Assembly (NCBI GenBank): GCA_001786955.1
Contig: MFUM01000009.1
Span: 552-64,551, forward strand
From: Candidatus Nomurabacteria bacterium RIFCSPHIGHO2_12_FULL_42_19
GTDB taxonomy: Bacteria; Patescibacteriota; Minisyncoccia; Phycocordibacterales; UBA9973
DNA length: 64,000 nucleotides
Direction: 5' to 3'
Positions 9,521 to 19,072 of this stretch are shown here, in pieces (within the stretch, counting starts at the first letter, position 1; every line of letters starts with the position of its first letter). Below the pieces are notes generated by a model. The model did not search any database. It had not been told where the DNA came from and worked only from the letters and a program-made list of their open reading frames with translations. Position numbers and translations under genes: made by a program.

Positions 9521-9524
9521 AAAG

Positions 9525-9606
9525 CGGAGGGTACAGGACTTGAACCTGTAAGGGATTGCTCCCGCTGGTTTTCGAAACCAGTGCCATACCATTAGGCGAA
9601 CCCTCC
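9525..9606 (-). tRNA. tRNA-Ser(CGA)
   Basis: ggagggt acceptor, ctggt-ttCGAaa-accag, long variable arm, GTTCAAGTC T-loop; no encoded CCA. Confidence 0.93.
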
Positions 9607-9613
9607 CTGTTTT

Positions 9614-10249
9614 TCAATCTAACACATTCTGTTCCAGTAATTCAATCACTTCTTCGTCGGATACCTGCGGAAAATTTTGATAATAAGACCCGACCGCGCC
9701 GAGATATTTCCGCTCGTCTTTTAAAATTACAACTTTATCCGCTTCAGCGCGAAGAATTTCCACAAGTTCATGCGGGGCAACCGGCACTGCCGCTAAAAGT
9801 TCCTTGGGCTGCTCTTTGCGAAGCGAGTGGAGCGCGGCCCGCAGGGTAAGTCCCGTCGCAACCCCGTCATCCACGACAATTGCGATTTTATTTTTGGGCG
9901 AGTGATGTTCTTGGTTTTTCAGATATGTTTTTCTGCGCCGTTTTGCCTCTTCCCGCTCTTTTTTTATCTCTATTTCCAGCCATGCAGGGTCAAGCATTGC
10001 CCGCGCGGCTTCATCGCAAAACGGTTCTCCTTCTTCGGTGACGGCGCAAACGGCATACTCCGGGTTGTCCGGATGCCCGATTTTTCTGGCAATAACCAAA
10101 TCAAGAGGCAGATGCAGAAAATGCGCTATTTCAAAACCAAGCACTGCTCCCCCGCGCGGCAGCGCATAGACAACCGCATCCGTATCGCGATATTGAATAA
10201 GCTGTTCCGCAAGCAATTCTCCCGCTTCTTTTCTGTCTTTAAACATCAA
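9614..10249 (-). CDS. phosphoribosyltransferase family protein
   Basis: FKDRKEAG, ALPRGG, IVVDDGVATGLT, YYQNFPQVSDEEV. Confidence 0.92.
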   Translation of the reverse strand: MMFKDRKEAGELLAEQLIQYRDTDAVVYALPRGGAVLGFEIAHFLHLPLDLVIARKIGHPDNPEYAVCAVTEEGEPFCDEAARAMLDPAWLEIEIKKEREEAKRRRKTYLKNQEHHSPKNKIAIVVDDGVATGLTLRAALHSLRKEQPKELLAAVPVAPHELVEILRAEADKVVILKDERKYLGAVGSYYQNFPQVSDEEVIELLEQNVLD

Positions 10250-10260
10250 AATAATCTTTT

Positions 10261-10512
10261 TTACTCCGCCGGATAAATTACCGCTCCTTCTTTTGTTTTC
10301 TGGGAAAGCTGAATCGCTACCTCATCTCCTTTTTTGCCGGAACTGACAGCCAGGTGGTTGACTTGCATTGAACCGACGGTTTCTTCAAATTCCGAATCGC
10401 CTTTTTTGACTTTTATTTTATCCCCAACCTTAAGGCTGCCGCTGAGTTTTACCACTGCCACCTGCGCTTTGTCATACCAGTGATTTACTTTTCCGATTTC
10501 TTTTTGTGCCAT
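10261..10512 (-). CDS. small translation-factor-like beta-barrel protein (EF-Tu domain 2 / U32 C-terminal like)
   Basis: EIGKVNHWYDKAQVAVVKL, LKVGDKI, SMQVNH, GDEVA. Confidence 0.8.
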   Translation of the reverse strand: MAQKEIGKVNHWYDKAQVAVVKLSGSLKVGDKIKVKKGDSEFEETVGSMQVNHLAVSSGKKGDEVAIQLSQKTKEGAVIYPAE

Positions 10513-10630
10513 ATATTATATATATTTATCTACATAATAATGTATTCGACCCCCTCCCTTGGAGAGTTTAACCTGCTTTGGTGATGTAATTATACCATTT
10601 TGCGGTTTTTTCAAAAAACAAATAAGGCTC

Positions 10631-10663
10631 AAAAAAAACAGCCCCCGAGAGGGTTGTTTTTTT
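10631..10663. terminator. intrinsic terminator hairpin
   Basis: aaaaaaaacagccc-ccgaga-gggttgttttttt. Confidence 0.65.
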
Positions 10664-10688
10664 GCAATAATCTCCGAAATTTATTTTC

Positions 10689-10742
10689 CTATTTACAAGT
10701 GCACGGGTCATTGCCGCAAACAGGGCATTTTGGCTCGTCCAT
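10689..10742 (-). CDS. candidate Cys-rich micropeptide MDEPKCPVCGNDPCTCK
   Basis: 17 aa ORF (30 aa from ATG 10781), 4 Cys, terminator downstream; below ORF-track cutoff. Confidence 0.45.
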   Translation of the reverse strand: MDEPKCPVCGNDPCTCK

Positions 10743-10891
10743 ATTCTTTGATAAATAAATAATAATTGTATTGACAGACATGTCGACTAAAACGTGCCTG
10801 TCGTACTTCTATACTATAGCAAAAAAGAAATATTTAATCTAATTTTCGTTTTGTGCGCGTATCGCGTAGTTTTTATTTTATAAGAACGAAG

Positions 10892-10966
10892 TGGTGACCC
10901 TACTGGGAATCGCACCCAGATTACCAGCTTGAAAAGCTGATGTCCTAACTATTAGACGATAGGGCC
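10892..10966 (-). tRNA. tRNA-Glu(TTC)
   Basis: ggcccta acceptor, tcagc-ttTTCaa-gctgg, encoded CCA; T-loop TGCGATT. Confidence 0.92.
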
Positions 10967-10989
10967 AATGCAAGATATAATAACATTTT

Positions 10990-11583
10990 ATGGACAAAAC
11001 GCAAAAACTCGAAAATCTGCACAAGAAATGGATAGCGGAATGCCAGTGCGAATTGAAAAAAACCGCGACCCAGGCGGTACCGGGCGTCGGCAATGCCGAG
11101 GCGGAAATAGTTTTTATCGGCGAGGCGCCGGGAAAATCGGAAGATGAAAAAGGCGAACCTTTTGTCGGCGCGGCGGGAAAATTCTTGGACGAAATGCTGG
11201 CGGAAATAAAATTGAGACGAGAAAACATATATATCACGAACATCGTAAAATACCGCCCACCGAACAATCGCGATCCCTTGCCGGAGGAAAAAGCATCGTG
11301 CCGGGAGTGGCTCCTGGAAGAGCTGAAAATAATTTCGCCCAAGCTGATAATATTCCTGGGCCGTCACGCGATGAATAATTTTTTTCCCGACCAGCAAATA
11401 TCCGGAGCTCACGGAAAATTATTAATCAAGCCATTTAAGGGCATGTCTACTAAATACTTCTTCTCTCTTTATCATCCGGCTGCGGCTCTGTATGACGGTT
11501 CAATGCGCGAGACTTTAATGGAAGATTTCAAAAAAATCCCGAAGGTTTTGGAAGAAATCGAAAAACGCCAAAAAAACAAATAA
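10990..11583 (+). CDS. uracil-DNA glycosylase family 4
   Basis: FIGEAPG, GEPFVGAAG, YITNIVKYRPPNNRDP, YHPAAALY. Confidence 0.95.
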   Translation: MDKTQKLENLHKKWIAECQCELKKTATQAVPGVGNAEAEIVFIGEAPGKSEDEKGEPFVGAAGKFLDEMLAEIKLRRENIYITNIVKYRPPNNRDPLPEEKASCREWLLEELKIISPKLIIFLGRHAMNNFFPDQQISGAHGKLLIKPFKGMSTKYFFSLYHPAAALYDGSMRETLMEDFKKIPKVLEEIEKRQKNK

Positions 11584-11593
11584 TCATATTTTT

Positions 11594-12985
11594 ATGGAAA
11601 ATAAAAACACGCATAGGGATATATGGATCGTGGCATTGGCTATAATTTCTTTCGCCTTGTGGAAACTTTCTTCACTGCAATTCAGGTTCGGCGATGAAAA
11701 CGTCTATTTCTATATGTCGGACGCCATTTTGCGTGGATTTATCCCATATAAGGATTTTTTCTTCGCCGACCCTCCGTTTTTCATATATATGATGGCAATT
11801 TTCAAGGCTATTTTCGGTTCGCATATTATTCTCTTCAAAACTCTCCCGATATTATTTGACAGCCTGTCCGCAATTTTAATTTATCTCCTGCTCCGGAAGA
11901 ATAATATTTTTGCGGCGCTCGGCCCCATTTTTTATCTTTTCTCTTTTACCATCCTTTCCACTTCGGATTATGTCACCGGCGCGGAAGTGATGATGTTTTT
12001 CATTCTTCTGGCTCTCTATTCCGACCAAAACAAAAAACATTTCTGGTCCGGAGCATTTTGGGCGCTCGCCTGCCTTTCCAAATTATATGCCGGACCGGCT
12101 TTGCTCGGTTTTTTGTTCTATAAACTCATTTCCAAAGAATTTTTGCCTGCTAGAAATATCATCTTGGGAGGGCTGGCCGCTACTATCGTAATATTGTTGC
12201 CATTTTTTATCTTAGCCCCGCATCAAGTCTTTTATGATTTAATCATTCATCAGTTCAACCGGCCGACCGGCATCAATAAATGGAATATTTTAAGCGTCTT
12301 CGCTCGGTTTGAATGGCTGCTTATAATCTCAAGCCTTCTCGGGATGTTTATCGCCAAAAATAAATCGTGGATTTATCCGTTGATTTTTTCCGCCGTATTT
12401 TTTTTATTATATAAAGACCTTTATTATTTATACCTGCATCTTTTATTGCCGTTTATTATATTTCTGGCGGTTGAATTCGCGGCATTTCTGAATAAAAAAC
12501 GGGAGGAAATTGCCTGGGCATTTATTGTATTTTACATTTTCGTTTCCTTCTATTCAATTTCCGGATATGTGAATACTTACGGGCCGCAGGGAATTTTTAA
12601 CCAGCCGGAAGAAATTGCGGAAGCTTTAAAAACCGCCCCGGAAGATTTCCCGGCCTATGGCGCGCAGGAAATAGCTCCGCTTGTCGCCCTGATGTCCGGC
12701 AGGAAAATTTTCGGCAATGTTATAGACACCAATACGCAAAACTTTGCCGCCGAGACGCAAAATCTTGATTTAATATCCGAAAAAGCGACGAAAAACGGCA
12801 TATACCTTGTTGCGCGCGTGGCAAATTATCCGGAACAAAATATGCAGGACACCGGTTTTGAAGGCTATTTTAATAAAAAAATATTTGACAGCTCGTGCAA
12901 ATTTTATAAATCTTTTGACAGAAATTCCCCGGGCGACCCCTTGAACCAGGTGACAATTTATAAATGTTATAAAACAGCCGACTAA
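11594..12985 (+). CDS. GT-C fold (GT39/GT87-like) membrane glycosyltransferase
   Basis: GDENVY, PYKDFFFADPP after first TM; about 11 TM helices. Confidence 0.7.
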   Translation: MENKNTHRDIWIVALAIISFALWKLSSLQFRFGDENVYFYMSDAILRGFIPYKDFFFADPPFFIYMMAIFKAIFGSHIILFKTLPILFDSLSAILIYLLLRKNNIFAALGPIFYLFSFTILSTSDYVTGAEVMMFFILLALYSDQNKKHFWSGAFWALACLSKLYAGPALLGFLFYKLISKEFLPARNIILGGLAATIVILLPFFILAPHQVFYDLIIHQFNRPTGINKWNILSVFARFEWLLIISSLLGMFIAKNKSWIYPLIFSAVFFLLYKDLYYLYLHLLLPFIIFLAVEFAAFLNKKREEIAWAFIVFYIFVSFYSISGYVNTYGPQGIFNQPEEIAEALKTAPEDFPAYGAQEIAPLVALMSGRKIFGNVIDTNTQNFAAETQNLDLISEKATKNGIYLVARVANYPEQNMQDTGFEGYFNKKIFDSSCKFYKSFDRNSPGDPLNQVTIYKCYKTAD

Positions 12986-13023
12986 AAATTGATAATGCCG
13001 CTTTAATTCTATATACTGCAGAC

Positions 13024-13785
13024 ATGATTCAAAAAAATAAAATCAAAATAATAATCCTAGCCGCCGGAAAAAGCGCCAGAATGAAAATGGACGAGCCGAA
13101 AGCGCTCGCAATGCTTAAAAACAAGCCATTTTTGCGGCATATTCTTGATACTATTAAAAAACTGGATTCCGGAATAAAACCAATTATTGTCGTAGGCCAT
13201 AAAAAAGAACGCATCAAAGAAGTGCTGGGAAACGAACATATTTACGCGGAACAGAGCGAACAGCTTGGCACCGGACACGCGGTTATGTCCGCCAGAAAAG
13301 CAATTAATGATAATCCCGAAATAATCCTTGTCATTTCGGCCGACCAGCCGCTAATTTCCAAAGAAACGATTGAAGGCATAATTTCCGTTCACGCGGAAAA
13401 GAATCCAACTATGACGATAGCTACAGTCCTGGTGCCTGACTTTGAAGATTGGAGAACCGGGTTGAATCACTTCGGCAGGATAATTCGCGGAACCGATAAT
13501 CTGGTCAAAAAAATCGTCGAGTTCAAGGATGCGAACGATGAAGAGAAAAAAATCAAAGAGTTGAATCTCGCTTTGTATGCATTCGACGCAGAATGGCTTT
13601 GGGATAATATTAATAAGATTAAAAATAAAAATGCGCAGGCCGAATATTATCTGACAGATCTTATCAAGATGGCATGCGACCAGCAGAAAAAGATTGAAGC
13701 CGTGCCGGTGGTAAATATCATAGAAGCATTGCAGCCAAATTCAAAAGAAGAACTTGAAATATTAGAGAAATTAGCAGTAGAATAG
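13024..13785 (+). CDS. GlmU-like nucleotidyltransferase (N-terminal domain only)
   Basis: IILAAGKSARM, QSEQLGTGHAV, IVEFKDA, NAQAEYYLTD; no hexapeptide acetyltransferase domain. Confidence 0.88.
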   Translation: MIQKNKIKIIILAAGKSARMKMDEPKALAMLKNKPFLRHILDTIKKLDSGIKPIIVVGHKKERIKEVLGNEHIYAEQSEQLGTGHAVMSARKAINDNPEIILVISADQPLISKETIEGIISVHAEKNPTMTIATVLVPDFEDWRTGLNHFGRIIRGTDNLVKKIVEFKDANDEEKKIKELNLALYAFDAEWLWDNINKIKNKNAQAEYYLTDLIKMACDQQKKIEAVPVVNIIEALQPNSKEELEILEKLAVE

Positions 13786-13786
13786 A

Positions 13787-15010
13787 ATGATGCAAAATCC
13801 CTATCAAAACGCCATGGCGCAGTTGGACAAAGTTGCTAAGATTATAAATTTTGGCGACGAGTTTATCGCCCGCCTCCGCCAACCCGACCGGGACATCAGA
13901 ATTTCAATTCCGGTTAAAATGGACAATGGCTCTCAAAAAATTTTTGAAGGATATAGGGTGGAATATAATAATGCCCTGGGGCCCTATAAAGGCGGAATCA
14001 GATACCATTCCGATACCGAGATAAACGAAGTGAAAGCGTTGGCTTTCTGGATGGCGCTTAAATGCGCGGTCGCCGGCATTCCGATGGGCGGAGGCAAAGG
14101 CGGGATAACCGTTGACCCGAAAGAATTGTCTAAGAATGAACTGGAAAGGCTTTCGCGCGGGTGGGTGCAAAAGCTCGCAGATGTGTTGGGCCCGCATAAA
14201 GATATCCCCGCGCCGGATGTGAATACCACGCCCGAGATAATGGCTTGGATGGCGGATGAATATAAAAAATTAACGGGCGAAGAAAATGGAGCGACCTTTA
14301 CCGGCAAGCCGCTCGACAAGGGCGGTTCGGCGGGCCGAGGCTCGGCTACGGGCCTCGGCGGATTTTATGTTTTTGACTCATTGAGAGCGCAAATCGGGCT
14401 TCCAGAAAAATGCAGAGTCGCAATTCAGGGTTTCGGCAATGTCGGCGGAAATGCCGCGCGTATTTTTGCTGAAAACGGACATACGGTAATGGCCGTTTCT
14501 GATTCAAAAAGCGCGATTGTAAAAGATAGCGGGCTGGATTTGAATGAAGTTGAAGTTCATAAGAAAAAAACCGGAAGCTTGAAAGATTTTCCCGGCGCTG
14601 AAAATATAACAAATGCCGAACTTTTAGAACTTTCCTGCGACCTTCTGGTGCCGGCCGCGTTTGAAAACGTGATAACTGGCATTAATGCGGAAAAAATCAA
14701 AGCTAAGGCCATCCTGGAGCTTGCCAATGGCCCGATAAATCCGGAGGCTGATGAGATTTTATTCAAAAAAGGTGTTCCTGTTGTGCCGGATATTTTGGCA
14801 AATTCCGGAGGCGTAACAGTATCTTATTTTGAATGGGACCAGAATTTAAAGAACGAGCATTGGAGTGAAAAAGAAGTTTTTGACAAATTAAAACCAATGA
14901 TGAATGACGCCGCTCAAAAAATATTTAAAAAATCCCAAGAAACAAAAACATACCTGCGCATGGGCGCTTTCATCCTGGCGCTTGAAAAAATCAAGGAAAA
15001 AATGCAATAG
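13787..15010 (+). CDS. gdhA: Glu/Leu/Phe/Val dehydrogenase (glutamate dehydrogenase)
   Basis: GPYKGGIRY, PMGGGKGG, DIPAPDVNT, QGFGNVG, ANSGGVTVSYFEW. Confidence 0.92.
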   Translation: MMQNPYQNAMAQLDKVAKIINFGDEFIARLRQPDRDIRISIPVKMDNGSQKIFEGYRVEYNNALGPYKGGIRYHSDTEINEVKALAFWMALKCAVAGIPMGGGKGGITVDPKELSKNELERLSRGWVQKLADVLGPHKDIPAPDVNTTPEIMAWMADEYKKLTGEENGATFTGKPLDKGGSAGRGSATGLGGFYVFDSLRAQIGLPEKCRVAIQGFGNVGGNAARIFAENGHTVMAVSDSKSAIVKDSGLDLNEVEVHKKKTGSLKDFPGAENITNAELLELSCDLLVPAAFENVITGINAEKIKAKAILELANGPINPEADEILFKKGVPVVPDILANSGGVTVSYFEWDQNLKNEHWSEKEVFDKLKPMMNDAAQKIFKKSQETKTYLRMGAFILALEKIKEKMQ

Positions 15011-15031
15011 TCAGATATTAAATAGCGAAAA

Positions 15032-15065
15032 TACTAAGAACTCTGCGATAGCAGAAAGTTTAGTA
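15032..15065. repeat. palindrome downstream of PaaX/Cas2-like gene
   Basis: tactaagaac-tctgcgatagcaga-aagtttagta; core identical to 15593-15606. Confidence 0.75.
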
Positions 15066-15076
15066 ATTTTCATGGT

Positions 15077-15562
15077 TCACTTTTTAAAATCGTACTCTTT
15101 TGCCAACTTGAAAATCTTGAAACCGTTTTTTATTTTTATCTTTTCAATGTAGTCTAGAAATTCTTTAGGTAACGGAGATGGTCCAACCCATACACTTTTT
15201 TGAATCATAGAATAATTAAATTTTTTCAAATGCCAGCGGAGCCATTCCCTTTCGGCTTTTTTAGTTTCCGGAATATCGAACATCACTATTAGATTTTTGG
15301 GAGCGTTTTGGTCAAATTTGAAATGAAATTGTTTTAAAGAATCTATTTTCTTTTTTATATATTTTTGACCTTTAAGAGTTATCATCAGCCCCGCATCACT
15401 ATGTTCTATAAAACCAGTTTTACGAATGTAGGACAAAGTTCCGCTTAAACAATTCTAAGAATAATTTTTGAATTTTGGAATACCAAAAAGATTCACACGG
15501 CTTCCTTTATATCTCAAAGACGTGGCACTTAACTCTTTTAAAATTTCATAAACAAGGCTCAC
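15077..15562 (-). pseudogene. PaaX-like / Cas2-fold protein interrupted by in-frame TAG
   Basis: frame from GTG 15562 (MSLVYEILKEL...KNYS*NCLSGTLSYIRK) with TAG at 15455-15457; C-terminal IVMFDIPETKKAEREWLR...MIQKSVWV. Confidence 0.7.
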
Positions 15563-15582
15563 GAGTTATATTATATCACAAA

Positions 15583-15616
15583 TACTAATAAATCTGCGAT
15601 AGCAGAGTTATTAGTA
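15583..15616. repeat. palindrome upstream of PaaX/Cas2-like gene
   Basis: tactaataaa-tctgcgatagcaga-gttattagta; lies just upstream of TGnTATAAT (15570-15578, minus). Confidence 0.75.
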
Positions 15617-15694
15617 AATAATAGTTTGTTAATTAAAACATTATTTTCCTGTACTTATTTGAAAAATTAATGGAAAATGCTATAAATAAACAAT

Positions 15695-15767
15695 GGGCGG
15701 TTAGCTCAGTTGGTAGAGCGTGTCTTTGACGTAGACAAGGCCACAGGTCCGAATCCTGTACCGCCCA
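15695..15767 (+). tRNA. tRNA-Val(GAC)
   Basis: gggcggt acceptor, tgtct-ttGACgt-agaca; T-loop TCCGAAT; no encoded CCA. Confidence 0.9.
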
Positions 15768-15768
15768 C

Positions 15769-16845
15769 ATGAGAATTTTAAGCATTGAAACATCCTGCGA
15801 CGACACGGGGATAAGCATAATGGAGGCAAAAGGGGGCGTTCTAAACGCTTCTTTTAAAATCCTGGCAAATAATTCAAATTCACAAATAAAAATCCACATT
15901 CCTTATGGCGGAGTTTATCCGGCATTGGCCAAAAGAGAACATAATAAAAATTTGCCGATTCTTCTGGAAAAAACATTAAAAGAAGCGAAATTAAAAAATA
16001 GAAAATCTCCCGTGGATTTGATTGTCGTCACTCACGGACCGGGGCTGGAAATCGCGCTTTGGACAGGCATTGTTTTCGCCAAAGAATTGGCAAAAAAATG
16101 GAATGTTCCTTTGATGCCCGTAAATCATATGGAGGGGCATATATTTTCAGTATTTGGAAAACAAAAAGGTGAATTTTTAATACCTAAAATAAAGTTCCCT
16201 GCTCTTTCTTTGCTGGTTTCCGGAGGACATACGGAATTGGTTTTGATGAAAAATTTTATGCAATATAAAATCATAGGCGAAACTCTGGATGATGCTGTCG
16301 GGGAAACATTTGACAAGGTCGCAAGAATGCTCGGCCTTCTCTATCCCGGCGGGCCGGAGATTTCCAAACTGGCCGAATTTCTACGGCGAAAAGAAAAACA
16401 AGCTTCGGAGATTAGTTTTTCGGTAACTCTCCCCCGCCCTATGCTTTATTCTAAAAACTTTGATTTCTCTTTTTCGGGACTTAAAACCGCTGTTCTATAT
16501 TTGATCAGAGACATTGGCAAACCGGATGAAAAGACAAAAGCGCAAATTGCCCTGGAATTTGAAAACGCGGTTATTGAATGTCTCGTTCACAAGACAGCCA
16601 AAGCCGTTGAAAAACACGGGATTAAAACTTTAATTGTTGCCGGCGGAGTTGCCGCCAACAAACATCTAAGAAATGAAGTGAAAAAACTTGAAGATAAAAA
16701 AATAAAATTATTTTTTCCGATTAAAGAACTTTCAACTGACAATTCTATCATGATTGGTATAGCTGGATATTTTAACTATATCAAAAACAAAAAGAAAACT
16801 CTAAAAGCAGGCAACATCAAAGCAACTGGCAATCTAAGGCTTTAA
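15769..16845 (+). CDS. tsaD: tRNA t6A threonylcarbamoyltransferase TsaD
   Basis: ILSIETSCDDT, GGVYP, GPGL, VNHMEGH, LVSGGHT, DDAVGETFDK, FSFSGLKT. Confidence 0.97.
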   Translation: MRILSIETSCDDTGISIMEAKGGVLNASFKILANNSNSQIKIHIPYGGVYPALAKREHNKNLPILLEKTLKEAKLKNRKSPVDLIVVTHGPGLEIALWTGIVFAKELAKKWNVPLMPVNHMEGHIFSVFGKQKGEFLIPKIKFPALSLLVSGGHTELVLMKNFMQYKIIGETLDDAVGETFDKVARMLGLLYPGGPEISKLAEFLRRKEKQASEISFSVTLPRPMLYSKNFDFSFSGLKTAVLYLIRDIGKPDEKTKAQIALEFENAVIECLVHKTAKAVEKHGIKTLIVAGGVAANKHLRNEVKKLEDKKIKLFFPIKELSTDNSIMIGIAGYFNYIKNKKKTLKAGNIKATGNLRL

Positions 16846-16927
16846 TATGATATTATTTGAGGATGGATCCCGTTAGAGATAACGAGATACATGTTTTGAG
16901 GTTTAAAATAATAACTATAATAAAATT

Positions 16928-19072
16928 ATGAAAATCTCTAACGGGATGGAAGACAAACTGCTCAAGCCTTATGACCCGAAAACAACCGAAGAAAGAATCT
17001 ATAAGCTTTGGGAAGAAAGTGGTTTTTTTAACCCGGATAATCTGCCCGGCGATAGAAAAAATCCGTTTACTATCATAATGCCTCCGGTAAATGCCAACGG
17101 CTCTCTGCACGCCGGACACGGTCTGGTAATGACTATTGAAGACATAATGGTGCGCTATAAGAGGATGCAGGGGTTTAAAACGCTTTGGCTTCCGGGCTTA
17201 GATCATGCCGGTTTTGAAACTCAAGTGGTCTATGAAAAAAAACTTGAAAAAGAAGGACGCACGAGATTCGAGATGGACCCAAAGGAACTTTACAAAGAAA
17301 TTTTGGATTTCACTCTTGTCAATTCAAAAAATATAAAATCCCAAATAAGAAAAATGGGGGCATCATGCGACTGGTCTCGGGAAAAATTTACTCTGGATGA
17401 AAATGTGGTAAAAGCCGTTTACCAAACATTTAAAAGAATGTATGAAGATGGTTTGGTATACCGGGGAAATAGAATCATCAGCTGGTGTTCAAAACATCAA
17501 ACTTCTTTTTCGGACTTGGAAATCACAGACGAGGAGCGTACGGATAGTTTTTATTATTTAAAATACGGGCCTTTTACTATCGCAACTTCCCGTCCGGAAA
17601 CAAAATTCGGAGACAAATATGTGGTAATGCATCCGGACGACAAGCGTTATCAGAATTATACCGATGGACAAAAAATAAAACTGGAATGGATAAACGGGCC
17701 GATAGAAGCTACGGTGATAAAAGACAAAATGATTGATATGGAATTCGGCACAGGGGTAATGACCATCACTCCCTGGCACGATACAGCTGACTTTGAAATT
17801 GCCGAAAGGCATAAATTAGATAAAGAGCAAATAATTGACGAAAATGGAAAACTTCTTCCGATTGCAGGAGAATTCGCAGGTCAGCATATAAAAAAGGCCA
17901 GACCGTCAATTATTGAAAAACTTCAAAAAAAGGGCTTGGTAGTTAAGATAGATGAAAATTACAAGCATGTTGTCCGAACATGCTATAAATGCGGAACCGT
18001 TATAGAACCCCAAATAAAAAGCCAGTGGTTTGTGAAAATGAAGCCTCTAGCGGAAAAAGCATTAGAGAAAATAAATAATGGGGAGATTAATTATATTCCG
18101 GAACATTATAAAAAAATTACGACATATTGGCTCGATAACATTATGGATTGGAATATTTCCAGACAAATCGTCTGGGGTATTTCTATTCCGGCAAAAATCT
18201 GCATAGAATGCAAGCATGGCATGGTGGATTTGGAAAATAATATTTCAAAATGCACCAAATGCGGTGGAAGAATAATCCAAGACAGCGACACCTTTGACAC
18301 ATGGTTTTCATCCGGACAGTGGCCTTTTATCACTCTTGGCTATCCGGATAATAACGACTTTAAAACATTTTATCCCACAGATGTTATGGAAACCGGAGGT
18401 GATATTATTTTTTTCTGGGTTGCCCGGATGATTATGCTTGGATTTTATATTACAGGGGAAATCCCTTTCAAGACAGTCTATCTGCATGGAATGGTCCTTG
18501 ATGCCAAAAGCCAGAAAATGAGCAAGAGTAAGGGAAATGTAATTGACCCACTCATTCTTACGGAACAATTCGGTACGGATGCTTTCAGGATGGGAGTGGT
18601 CGTCGGTAACACCGTGGGAACATCTTTAGCGCTTTCTCCCGATAAAATCAGAGGATATAAAAACTTTGCGAATAAAATTTGGAATGCCGCCCGTTTTGTT
18701 TTAGACAACACAAAAGATTATACGATTCCCGAAAATCCCAAGTATGATGAAGAAGATGCCAAGTCGAATAAAGAACTGAAGGAGTTAATGAAAGAAATCA
18801 CGAAAGAAATGGACGAATATAAATTCTATCTCGTCGCGGAAAAACTTTATCATTATTTCTGGCACACTTTCGCCGATATTATTATAGAAAGGTCAAAGAA
18901 GAAAATCTTGAAAAACAAAAATGCCGATTCGGCTAAAGCTTTGCTCTTTACACACTTGATTACCCTTCTAAAAGTTCTACATCCATTTATCCCCTTCGTC
19001 ACGGAAGAAATTTGGTCGATGATGCCTGGAAAAAATAAAAACCTATTAATGATTGAAAAATGGCCTTCTTAG
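16928..19072 (+). CDS. valS: valine--tRNA ligase (lacks C-terminal coiled coil)
   Basis: HAGH, DHAGFETQ, DWNISRQIVWG, DTWFSS, KMSKS. Confidence 0.96.
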   Translation: MKISNGMEDKLLKPYDPKTTEERIYKLWEESGFFNPDNLPGDRKNPFTIIMPPVNANGSLHAGHGLVMTIEDIMVRYKRMQGFKTLWLPGLDHAGFETQVVYEKKLEKEGRTRFEMDPKELYKEILDFTLVNSKNIKSQIRKMGASCDWSREKFTLDENVVKAVYQTFKRMYEDGLVYRGNRIISWCSKHQTSFSDLEITDEERTDSFYYLKYGPFTIATSRPETKFGDKYVVMHPDDKRYQNYTDGQKIKLEWINGPIEATVIKDKMIDMEFGTGVMTITPWHDTADFEIAERHKLDKEQIIDENGKLLPIAGEFAGQHIKKARPSIIEKLQKKGLVVKIDENYKHVVRTCYKCGTVIEPQIKSQWFVKMKPLAEKALEKINNGEINYIPEHYKKITTYWLDNIMDWNISRQIVWGISIPAKICIECKHGMVDLENNISKCTKCGGRIIQDSDTFDTWFSSGQWPFITLGYPDNNDFKTFYPTDVMETGGDIIFFWVARMIMLGFYITGEIPFKTVYLHGMVLDAKSQKMSKSKGNVIDPLILTEQFGTDAFRMGVVVGNTVGTSLALSPDKIRGYKNFANKIWNAARFVLDNTKDYTIPENPKYDEEDAKSNKELKELMKEITKEMDEYKFYLVAEKLYHYFWHTFADIIIERSKKKILKNKNADSAKALLFTHLITLLKVLHPFIPFVTEEIWSMMPGKNKNLLMIEKWPS

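Noticed and set aside
15077..15436. Cas2 gene implying a CRISPR-Cas system
   Set aside because: No repeat-spacer array, cas1 or other cas genes in the window; the fold is shared with the PaaX central domain.
15455..15457. Alternative genetic code (stop recoding)
   Set aside because: TAG and TGA end many intact genes here; only one interrupted gene was seen.
16372..16423. Possible palindromic insert in tsaD (AEFLRRKEKQASEISFS)
   Set aside because: Only a weak imperfect IR in a naturally variable region; no family motif.
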